A DNA stretch of 64,000 nucleotides from Callorhinchus milii. Its lineage: Eukaryota. A program made the translations under genes and the position numbers. The notes below the pieces were generated by a model, which saw only the letters and a list, made by a program, of their open reading frames with translations, was not told the origin of the DNA and ran no database searches. The DNA is taken from positions 17,794,001 through 17,858,000 of the forward strand of contig NW_024704755.1 of NCBI RefSeq assembly GCF_018977255.1, given 5' to 3'. Of this stretch, positions 22,781 to 34,700 are shown in pieces (positions within the stretch are counted from its first letter, which is position 1; every line of letters starts with the position of its first letter).

Positions 22781-25700
22781 GTAATCTGCTCATTCCTCAC
22801 TCACACCATTGCTGCTCATTTCTCCCCAGCCCTGTAGTCGGTGTTGAATGTCGCTCTCTGTTTCCCGCACGTGTTTGGTTGAGCTTATAGCAGTTGTTTG
22901 GTCTTTGGTCGCTTGTGTTGCACACACATGGTTTTCTGTTTTGGCAGCGGCTGGCGGGACCTCACTGACTGTGGGTCAAAACCCTCGGGTCGCCACAGTG
23001 AGCAGAGGCGGAGAAGTTACCATTTACTGCTTTTGGCCACTCTATAAAGATCAGAAACCAGCAAAGGTGGACTGGTGGCGAGAAGGAGAAAATCGTTCCC
23101 TGGAGGACGGCAGAGATGGAAGGATCCAGATTTATTTCCTAAACAGAGCAAGTTGTGCATTGCAGCTGTTCTCAGCCAGACTGCAGGACGCGGGAGTGTA
23201 CCGCTGCCGAGTGAGACACAGAAGCGGAGCGCAGGGCCCTGGCACACGGCTGCTGGTGTTCGGTGAGTAGCCGCAGTGACAGTCGAGGCGGCGGGTTAGG
23301 TTTTTTTCGGGTTTTAATAAAGTTATAATAAAATATATTTTGTATTTTGCAACTTTCACCCAAACAATGTTCTTATATTTGGTTACAATTGTCCGTTATA
23401 CATTTTGCTACATACAAACAATTATTATTGCGAAGTAAAATGGGACCAAATTCCCGTTTAAACACTATGGAAATGTTACAGAAATAAGTATGTTTCAATG
23501 GACACCAATCACACAGCTCATGCAATCCTCTAACATGAACTTTAAATGACTGAGAGCCTATCGCTGTGTGACCAGAGAGCCAGCTTCGGGTGGTGAGCCA
23601 GCTTTGTATGAGTCTCATCGTAAAAGAAAGAACTAATATAGTTTATATTGCTGGTTAATGTGAATAACTGTTCTGTCTGTCTTACACATCTTCTTTGTAA
23701 GGGGTTGGTTCCAAAATAATGAGAGCCCTGTTGTCGATTCATATTTAGATATGCTTAACATGTAAATACTTTATTGACTGTGACATATCATGAAGCAATA
23801 ACCATAAGCTTTTCTGAAGGCTTGTTCTCACCCTCAATTGTTTTATCAATTCAGTACGTGACCAACGTGGTTCACATTCAAACAGTAAGAGATGAAGACA
23901 ACGAGCATAGTTGTGGGTTTAGATAATTACTGGCCGGCAATACTCCAAATAAAATTGCTCTTTCGTGGCTGTTTGTGGAACATTGCTGGGGCGATTAGTT
24001 GCCACTTTCACCTACAAAACACAGTCACTGCACTTTAAAGTGAATCGTGTGAAGCACTTTGAGGCGTTCTCCCAATGCCAAAGATGCTTTATCAGATACA
24101 AGGATTACTATTTATTATAAATTATTTAGTTATAGATTCTCTATTATTGGAATGCAGTAAATAGAGGATATACTGTAGAATGCAGTGTTGCTCATACATT
24201 GACCAAACGAATGACCTATTTGGGGGGATTGTTGGCCAGGACACCAGAGAGAGAAACTCTCGTCTCATTTTGATGGGATCTTTAACATCCACCCGAAAGT
24301 CCGATAGGACCTTGGTTTAATGTCTCATCTGAAGGACAGTCCTCCGACCGTGTAGCACTCCCCCAGCGCTTCATTTGAGTGTCAGTTTAGACGATGTGAG
24401 TTCAAGACGTGGGGCTTGAACCCACAACCTTCAGAGGCGAGAGCGCTACCACTGGGCTAGGCTGACATGACGGACTTGGGTCCTGGACGGATGCCTTGGA
24501 ATCCTCACATTCCTCCAAAGTAAATCGAAGGAGTCGATTAGTATTAATGAATGTCTGAGAAAATAAAAATGTAATTTAGCCAGAAGTTAATGTTCATTGG
24601 TGTCGAGCTTTCATTAAAATTTCCAGTATTTGGTTGTTTTAATCTTAGAGGGAAGGGAAGTGTGTCAGCCTGTATCAGCAAACTGGTAGCACTGCTGTAT
24701 AATATTAATCCTTGCACTTGTTGTAGCACGTTTCATGACGGGAAGAAATCCCAAAGTGCTTCTCAGGGTATAATGATAACAATATTGCATTTGATATAGC
24801 TCCTGATCACGTCGTTGAGACGTCTCAACGCACTTCATTGTAAAGTGGGGTAACTTTGTGTTTTTTAGGCAAACGTGGCAGTCAGTTTGCACACAGCAAT
24901 GTCTCACAAACAGTACGAAGTGGGGGGCAATTTTTATGAAGTGATTGTTGTCCAGGACACCGGGAGAGATAAAGCACCCTCTCCTTTTCGAGTTGTGCCG
25001 CGGGATCGATCAGAGCATTAATGAGCGTCTGTAACAAACAGTCAGTGTCCAGGTTCCGCTCTGATCTTTCCTTTGGCGGTGATGAAGGAACACATGTCAA
25101 TGTTGCACGTGGCTTGTTCTCCCCCAATGTACTACTGTTCCCCGGGTTTGAATGTTGCATCTTGTAAATTCTGCACAAAGTGATGTTGAGAATTGCTGAT
25201 GAATATCTAACATTTTGAACATTTTTAATCGTATAAAATTGGACGGTAAATTGGCGACAGTTTAAAACAATGAAATCCAAGGTTCTTTATGTGGGCCATT
25301 CAATAAAAAACAAATAGGTAATTCTAAAATAATGTAAATCATTTATTAGGCCACAGGTATGTGTCCAGTTAGGAACTATGTCAGGGTATAGAGAAGTATA
25401 GGACAGACCAGGGAAGTAATGTTCAACTGGAACAGGAAGCTGAGAGAAGCTGTTCAGAACTCTTAAGGTGTTTGAGAAGTTAAATAGGGAGAAACTATTT
25501 CCACTGGTTATTTCTATTAATTCTTCCAAATGAACGCTGCCTCCCCCCACCCCTGCCCTCGGAAATCCATCCTGGAGTCCTCTGTTCTCCCTCGGTGCAC
25601 TGCATTTTGCCCAGCCGGGTGTCTGACACATGCAGAAACCCATAACTAAGCTTAAAAGTGTCCAAACCAAACGGAGAATTCCGTGCATCCCACCTACATA

Positions 25701-28700
25701 TGGAGATTTACACGTATTGGTGTCGAAAGCTCTCTCTCTCTTTGTGGGATGTAACCTGTTTACCAACTTGCAGTAGTATTTTGTCAGGTGTGGGCTGATT
25801 AAAGCCAATGTCGGAATCTTGATTGTGAGTTGCGATGCTGCTGGAGTCTAACCAGCTAAACCCACACAGCTCGCCATTGATATCACTGTCTGACAAGCTT
25901 TCCTGCTGCTTATCCAGCTAGAACCACCCTACCTACCCGTTAGGGCTTTGGCTGCAGCATTAACGGGCTGAGTGGGATAACTTCCTGCCCCCAGTGACTA
26001 TTTGGCCCTTCCAAGCCGTGCCAATGAGCCAGGCCGGGCTGTGCTGTCATCACCAATGCCCTGGAATACTGCAGACCCGCCTGGCTCAGGAACAGGACTA
26101 CAGCCCTCCACGGAGGTTTGGCTTGAATTTGACATTTCGCTGCCAAACATGTCACCTTGGAGCCAGTTCAGCCCCAGGAAGACCCCGCTTACCCCTGCTT
26201 CAGAACAGCCTATATCAATAGATATATTGTTGGATTTGTAAAATACAGTGTTTACTTTCCAGGGTGAACAGAGTATTTCCCTTTATCCGTTATTTAGGGC
26301 GGCAACAAATATACCAAGTACAAGAGGGTGAAGTTGCACAATAATAGTTGCAGATATTTACAGGGATTTACTGAGTGGATCTGAGCCCTGGGATGGGGAG
26401 GGGGGAGAACATGGGGCCTGATACTGATAAGCAATGCTGATATTTCAAGATGAAACATATAACATAATTTTAGGAGTTTTTCATTTAAAACGCACACATT
26501 GTGCAAACGTTTAAAGTATATTCAGGATTGAGGGTAACAATATCACCTGGTTTGCAGCAGTAACTAGTTCGATGTGATTATTAAATCACAGGAGGCTGGG
26601 TTTACTCTGCTTTTACAGAGTCAATCTTATCTAACTTTCAGGACTCGCATTATAAACTTGGGTTATATTTATATATTGCCACCTGTGTAAATGCAACATG
26701 TGTTTCTGTTTCTATCCCAAGTGCCCCCGACCCCCCTGGAGATGGTGGTCTCACGGTCCGGGAGCGGAGCTGCGGCTTCTCTGACCCTCGTGTGTAAAAC
26801 GGCGGCCTTTTACCCGGAGGATGTGAATATCACTTGGTGTAAAAATGGATCAGAAATTGTAAGTGGAACAAATACAAACAGGAACCTCGCGGGGCTGTAT
26901 GAAGCTTCCAGTTTATTGATCGAGACAGAGGCGGTGCAGAGCGGAGCTGTTTATACCTGTCACGTATCTCACCTGTCCCTCCCCACTGCCGCCAACATCA
27001 GCTACACTGTCCCTGGCACTGAGACAGGCAACTCCACAGGTAAGCTTACTGACTGTCACTGACAACACAGCTGACGGTGTAGATTGGAATGATATATTGA
27101 AACAAATCTGGCCCGATAGTTTCTGTAACTTAACATTTCATTTATACCAAACCCAAGCGCAGAGCATGACGCTAAATTGGTGACACAGTAAATCACATCA
27201 TTGCTCTTTGGCGGACACTGTGGAATATCTAGTTATGGTTCTCGCAAATTGAATGCAAAATATATAGTCAATGTATAAGCAAACACCAAGTCACTCACCA
27301 CCTGATCCTATTTAATCAGGAAAAGGGAAAATATTGGGAAAGTTGTTCTTATTTATTATAAGGTTACCAGCTCCTCAGACAAATATGTAAGTCAGGATGA
27401 CGTCTCACCGAGATGTGAAGAGCGCTGTATAAGTGTAGGCTGTTGGAGAGCTCAGGGCCAGTTTATAACTGGACCAAACGCAAAATACTGCAGATGCTAG
27501 AAATCTGAAATCTGAAAACAAAAGCAGAAGTCACCGGGAACACTCAGCACTCACCAGATCTGCTGAGTCTTCCCGGCGACTTCTATTTGTATATAACTAG
27601 ACCATGCGGGACTATGTGTGCCTGGGGAAGATGCGGGTCACAAGGGGACAAGGTTTATAGAATGTATTAGAGATAATTTTCTAGATCAATATGCTGAGGA
27701 GCCGACCAGGGAACAAGCCATATTAGACCTTGTTTTGTGTAATGAAACAGGGCTGATCAGCAAACTGGAACTTAAGGCTCCTCCAGGGCAAAGCAATCAT
27801 AATTTGATCGAATTTAGCGTTAAGTTAGAGAGGGAAGTAGTTAAGTCTGAAGCAAAAGTCTTCAATTTAAATCGAGCCAACTTTATTGGTATGAGAGAGG
27901 ATTTAGCCAGAATAAACTGGGAGACTAAACTTAAAGATTTGACGGTAGACCAGCAATGGCAGACATTCAAGGAGGTAGTGCAAAATTCCCAATGAGCACA
28001 TATTCCTTTGAGGAATAAAAATGCCACGGGAAAGGTGGTGCAGCCGTGGCTAACTGGAGCAGTTAGGGACAGTATCTAATCAAAAGAAAAAGCCTATAAA
28101 ACAGCGAAAATGAGTAGTAAACCCGAGGATTGGGAGAACTTTAGGGAACAACAGAGGAGGACCAAAAAATTGATCAAGAGGGAGAAAATAGATTACGAGG
28201 GCAAACTGGCAAAGAACATAAATACAGACTCCAACAAGAGTTTTTACAAATATATAAAGAGGAAAAGGCGAGCGAGGGTGAATGTGGGTCCATTACAGGC
28301 AGAGACCTGGAGGAATTATTATGGGGGACAAAGACATGGCAGAGTCATTAAACAAGTATTTTTCTCCAGTCTTCACTGTAGAAGACACTGGAAACATACC
28401 AAAACTAGAGGACCAAGAAGACAATGTTAGCGAGCAACTTAGGGAGATTAACGTTAGTAAAGAGATGGTTCTAGGTAAATTGTCGGCTCTTAAAACCGAT
28501 AAATCCCCTGGACCGGATGGCCTGCATCCGAAAGCTTTAAAGGAGGTGGCTACTGAGATAGTGGATGGCATGTCTATAATCTTTCAAAAGTCTGTGGATA
28601 CTGGAAAAGTTCCCATTGATTGGAAGATTGCAAACGTAACTCCACTATTTAAGAAGGATGGGAGAGAAAATAGGGAAAACTATAATAATAATCCTTGCAT

Positions 28701-31700
28701 TTGATATAGCGCTTTTCACGTCGGGAGGACGTCCCAAAGCGCTTCACAGAATAGACTGTAAAGTGAATTGACTGTATATTTGTGGGCGAACGCGGCAGCC
28801 AATTGCGCACAGCAATGTCCCACAAACAGTCGTAGCTTGAAAATGACCAATTTATTATTGTTTTTTTTTTGTTTTGGAGGGATTATTATTAGGCTCTGTG
28901 TGGAGTTAGGAAACTTGCCCAAGGTTTCGCCCTCTGCCTGGAAATGAACACAGGTCTCTCACTTGCAAAGCGAGTGCTCTAACCACTGAGCTACAGGACT
29001 ATAGACCAGTTAGTTTGACGTCAGTTGAAGGGAAAATTCTTGAGTCCTTAATAAAAGATGTAGTTATGGGATACCTGGAAGACCATAAAAAGATTAGGCA
29101 GAGTTAACATGGCTTTACAAAACGGAAGTCATGCTTGACTAACCTTTTAGAATTTTTTGAGGATGTATCCAGGAGGTTGGAAAAGGGGGAACCAGTAGAT
29201 GTGGTATATTTGGATTTTAGGAAGGCATTTGACAAGGTGCCACACAAGAGGCTGTTACTCAAGATCAAGGCCCATGGGATTAATGGGAAAATATTAACAT
29301 GGATAGAAGAGTGGCTATCGGGTAGAAAGCAGAGAGTAGTGATAAACGGATCATTCTCGAATTGGCAGGAGATGTGACTAGTGGAGTGCCACAAGGATCA
29401 GTGCTTGGGCCTCAGCTATTTACCATTTACATCAATGATCTGGACGAGGACATTGAATGTAATGTGTCTAAATTCGCGGATGATACTAAACTCGGTAGCA
29501 GAGTGAGCTCTCAGGATGATGCAAAAAGATTGCAACAGGATATAGATAGGCGCGGGGAGTGGGCAAGTAGGTGGCAGATGGAATTCAATGTTAGCAAGTG
29601 TGAAATTATTCACCTCGGCAGCAAGAATAAAAGAACAGATTATTTTCTGGAAGGGGAGAAGTTAGATAGTGTTGGTATTCAAAGGGATTTGGGTGTCCTT
29701 GTACACCAGTCCCAAAAAGTTAGTTTGCAGTGCAGCAGAACTAAGAAGGCGAACGGCATGTTAGCGTTCATTGCCAAAGGTTTAGAATATAAGAGTAGGG
29801 AAGTCTTGCTGCAACTGTATAGGGCTTTGGTGAGACCGCACCGAGAGTATTGTGTGCAGTTTTGGTTTCCTTATTTAAAAAAGGACATACTTGCCCTCGA
29901 GGGGGTGCAGCGTAGATTCACTCGGTTAGTGCCTGGGATGAGGGGACTGACCTATGAGGATAGGCTGAATAAACTGGGGCTGTATTCTCTATAGAGTACA
30001 GAAGAATTAGGGGGATCTTATTGAAACTTATAAGATTCTTAAAGGGCTGATAAAGTAGACACAGAGGGACTGTTTCCCCGGTGGGAGAATCTATAACCAG
30101 GAGTCAGTCTTAAAATGAAGGGTCAGCCTTTTAGAACAGAGTTGAGGAAACATTTCTTCACTCAGAGGGTAGTGAACTTATGGAATTCACTCCCCAGAAG
30201 GCTGTAGATTCTCAGTCCTTGAACATTTTCAAGGCTGAGACTGATAGATTCTTGAAAAATAGAGTGATTAGGGGATATGGGGAGAGGGCAGGTAATCAGA
30301 GTTAGGTCAGAAGATCAGCCATGATCTTATTGAATGGCGGAGCACAGGCACGAAGGGCCGAATGGCCGACTCCTGCTCCTAATTTTTATGTTCTTATGTT
30401 CTTATGTAGAAGGCCTTGCAGTGGGGGAGGAGATCAGCCAGAGCCTCGCTCCTCACTCATGTCCAAAGACACTGGTTCCTCTTCCAAGATGTGGTGCCCT
30501 CTGAGCCGCTCCCCCTGCAGGAGGGGCGCTATGTACAAAAGCAATTTAAGTGTTTAGATTTGGAGCTGAAATGGACTTCGATCTTAAGTTGTTATTCTCC
30601 CTGTAAATAGTTACTGGACTTTAGAGCATTTGCCCGTGAAAGTGTCCACACTGCAGGTGCTGTGACAAATGCCCGAGTTATTATTATAATAATAATAATA
30701 ATAATCCTCGCATTTGATATAGCGCTTTTCACGTCGGGAGGACGTCCCAAAGCGCTTCACAGAACACACTGTAAAGGGAATTGACTGTATATTTGTGGGC
30801 GAACGCAGCAGCCAATTGCGCACAGCAATGTCCCACAAACAGTCGTAGATTGAAAATGACCAATTTATTATTGTTTTTGGTTTTGGAGGGATTATTATTA
30901 GGCTCTGTGTGGAGTAAGGAAACTTGCCCAAGGTTTCGCCCTCTGCCTGGGATTGAACTCAGGTCTCTCACTTGCAAAGCGAGTGCTCTAACCACTGAGC
31001 TACAGGACTCCACAAAGTGTATAAGTGTTGATGTGTGTTGGGCGGGTTTCCCGCTGCTCAGCTCAGGCCGAGCTCCAAACCAGAATGTAGATGATGATTC
31101 TCTTTTTATTTTATTTGGGACGTCCTCCAGACGTGAAAGGCGCTCTATAAATGGAATCTTGTTGTTGTTGTATTTCCAAGTGAAAAATATTTATCGTGTC
31201 ATGTTGTTTGTATTTTTTTTCTTAACCAAGTTCTAAATGTTGTTACAGGGGCTAAGGTCAACATGTCTTATTTGAATATTCTAAGGGAAGAAACCCTGTC
31301 TGTGTTTAACCCCAGGAGACCCGGGTTGTCTCCCCCCAGGAGACCCGGGTTGTCTCCCCCCAGGAGACCCGGGTTGTCTCCCCCCAGGAGACCCGGGTTG
31401 TCTCCCCCAGGAGACCCGGGTTGTCTCCCCCCAGGAGACCCGGGTTGTCTCCCCCCAGGAGACCCGGGTTGTCTCCCCCCAGGAGACCCGGGTTGTCTCC
31501 CCCCAGGAGACCCGGGTTGTCTCCCCCCAGGAGACCCGGGTTGTCTCCCCCAGGAGACCCGGGTTGTCTCCCCCCAGGAGACCCGGGTTGTCTCCCCCCA
31601 GGAGACCCGGGTTGTCTCCCCCCAGGAGACCCGGGTTGTCTCCCCCCAGGAGACCCGGGTTGTCTCTCCCCAGGAGACCCGGGTTGTCTCCCCCCAGGAG

Positions 31701-34700
31701 ACCCGGGTTGTCTCCCCCCAGGAGACCCGGGTTGTCTCCCCCCAGGAGACCCGGGTTGTCTCTCCCCCCCATCCCCCACATCAGTGACGTCCTTTATCAA
31801 TGAAGCTCAGCGTAGCCTCAGCTTTCGGGGTCACCACCGTGAGACAGTCTACATCTTTGATAAATTGAATGGTTTTTGGTCTCTAAAAAATTATGACAGT
31901 TTCTAAATTCGTTCATTTTCCTAATCATAAAATCATGATAACAAAATCGGTATTGAAAGTTGATGTGCGGCTCAGAGCCCATTCCCATGTGCCGAGGGAC
32001 CGGGAAGGGCTGAAGGGCTGAGGTCCGCCCACAGATTACCTCATTGAGCGAACCGCGAGCGCTTATTCAACGTTATATACGGTTAAATATAAAGGGTTAT
32101 TGCCGTCACTCTGTGGATTGGTTGCGATTGGAGGGAGAAAGAAATTGTTGAACTGACCTTTACAGTATTTGAGAGCTCCGCTGCAGCTCCGAGGGATCCG
32201 CTGTGAGTTTGTGCTGTAATGTCGCGGTGCTGTTGTTGTTGTTGTTGAACCCGCAGTTGACTCCGACCTCAGATACGCTCTGATCTCAGGCGGTGCCGCT
32301 GTTTTGCTAATTGTACTGACGGTCATTTTTCTCATCTGTCGCAAAGGTAAGAAGCGAAATCATTTTTACAATTTAATGTTTATGATGCAATAAATGATAA
32401 ATCTCCAATGATACCGAGTCACAGCGACACCCGGACCCGAGTGGCTGTGAGGACTGGGTCTGGATCCCACCTGTTGTGTTCCCAGGGACTCGGGGCAACA
32501 ACACTGCGAAGTGAATAAGTTTCTCGGGGACTCCCACAGAGAAAGAATAACGTGTTACATCCTTCAGTTTTTATTAATATCCTGTCTGTCTAATGCTGAT
32601 TTAACCTCTTACAGAATCAAACGTATATGACAAATTGAAGTGTACATTTGAACGACAGTGTACAGAGTTGATTGAAGCCCATTATTAAATTAAATCATAA
32701 ATTAATATTTATATTATTAGCGACATGGTTGACATTTATATCCAATTACTATCCACTTCCCAAACAAGCTTGCTCCATATAGTGCATCCACCTCTAAAGT
32801 GAATAACTTTGAATCGTTTAGCTAACAGGTGCTTGACGAGTTCCCATTCAAAGTTATTTTGAAACCATTGTAATGATAATAATTATAATAATATTAATTA
32901 TCCTTGCATTTGATATAGCGCTTTTCACGTCTTGTAGGTGACGATTCTACCTGACATGCCACACACCTAACCTCCTCTCCTCTTTTCCTAATTCCCTCTT
33001 TTTGTCCAACATTTGAAGAAGATGACACTTATTCTGGAATTGTGTGCACACTAGAAAAATAATTACATTTCCTGGAGCATTTATAATCTTACATAACTGC
33101 ATCACATCTCCCGGTCTCTGATCAGGAGAGAAAAGCCATAGAATAACCGGTCTCACCTTGAACCATAGCCACACCAGCCGCCCTCTGCTGCAGTGCCTCA
33201 CACACCACTTTCCAGATATATTTTTTACTTTGTTCTTAAGAAAACTATTATTTCACATTTCACGATAACTTGGAACATTCTTTAAATAATTGTTTCTACC
33301 AGGCGCAGAGAAAAAGGAAACAAAAACAATTCAATCCGAGGTTAGTGTAATTTATACATTCAAAATGCCAACAGTAGATAGTTAACTCGGAGTGTCCTGA
33401 CACTGACATAATAACTCTCACATTTCCTATAGTGCTTAAATACGTCGCCTCAAGCTTCACACATTTTTCTGTAAAATTTTTCTGTCATCAGCGGTGCCCT
33501 GCCGATCTGCCCAGCTCAGTAACCTGACTGGAGACCGTCACAGAGAGAACTTAACTCTGACCTTCTTTTGCCAATCCCACCACATTGGAGCCATTTTGTC
33601 GAGAGCAGCTTCATTTCTCAGTAACCCATTGTTTGTCATCTATTTCAATAACAACAACTTGCATTTATACAATGCCCTTCTCGCAGGATAGCGTCTCAGA
33701 GCACTTCAGTTGTAAACAGTGTCTCATGTTAGATTCACAAGATGTACTTTAATAGTGAACACTGAATGTGAAATATGTTTGTTTTAAATGGTATTGAATC
33801 ATATAGGACAATAATATTAGTGTAATAATAATCCTTGCATTTGATATAGCACCTTATCACGTTGCTGAGACATCTCAAAGCACGTCACAAGATTTGGTCA
33901 TACTCCCATCCCCCTCCCCTTCCCCTCTAACTCTTTTGAATCCATACTTCAGTTTGGGTGCAGCCCTTTAACTGTCCAGCACTTTGGGACGTTCTTCCGA
34001 TGTGAAAGGCGCAGTATAAATGTAATTTGTTATTCTTGTTGGTACACTATAAAGTTGATTGACTGTATTTTCTGGGCAAAATGCGGCAGTCAGTTGTGCA
34101 CAGCAATGTCCCACAAACATGCAATGACTGACCAATTTTATTTGGGAGATTGTTGGCCAGGATATTGGACATCTTTTCAAATAGTGCCATGGGATCTTTA
34201 ATATCTACCTAAACAGACAGTTTAATGTCTGGGTTTAATGTCTCATCTGAAGGATGATACCTCCAATAATGCAACATGCCCCATCACTGCACTGGAGTGA
34301 CAGACTACTGTGATTCCAAGTCCCAATGTGGAGTTTGAACCCTCAACTTTATGACTCAGATGCCAGAGTGCCAACACTGTAGAGGCTATTTTGTTTGGAG
34401 AAATTAATAACCTAACAATATCAACAGAACTTTATATGCTTGGACACTATGTTTCTCATTTTATAAAACTGTTTTCAATTTGTTTCGTTTTTGTGCAAAT
34501 CCATGGCCCTTCAGATCATACAAGGAGCAGCTAACGGGAGCCTCTCTTATGAAACTCTAAATTTCACTGGATCCCACAAAAATAGAAAAGTGAGACGTGA
34601 GAAGGAAAGTACAATATACAGCAAGGTACAGGTAAGGTAAAACAGAGTTCTCTGAAACTTAACTCGTGCCATTGCAATAAATGGCTATTTGTTATTCAGG

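Larger units (their letters stand above)
17271..27028 (+). repeat. Left arm of a near-identical ~9.75 kb inverted duplication (partner 48486-58244)
   Basis: The ORF track is mirrored with coordinate sums 75515/75514 (22848..23270 vs 52245..52667; 17420..17920 vs 57595..58095). Only a handful of differences were seen by eye. Confidence 0.97.

Noticed and set aside
22990-23320. RSS-like words (CACAGTG in the V exon; ggttttttt after it)
   Set aside because: No matching nonamer or heptamer at 12 or 23 bp spacing, and V and J are already fused ahead of a splice donor.
31311-31770. CRISPR-like palindromic repeat array
   Set aside because: No unique spacers, no cas genes, and a eukaryotic intron context; it is a minisatellite.
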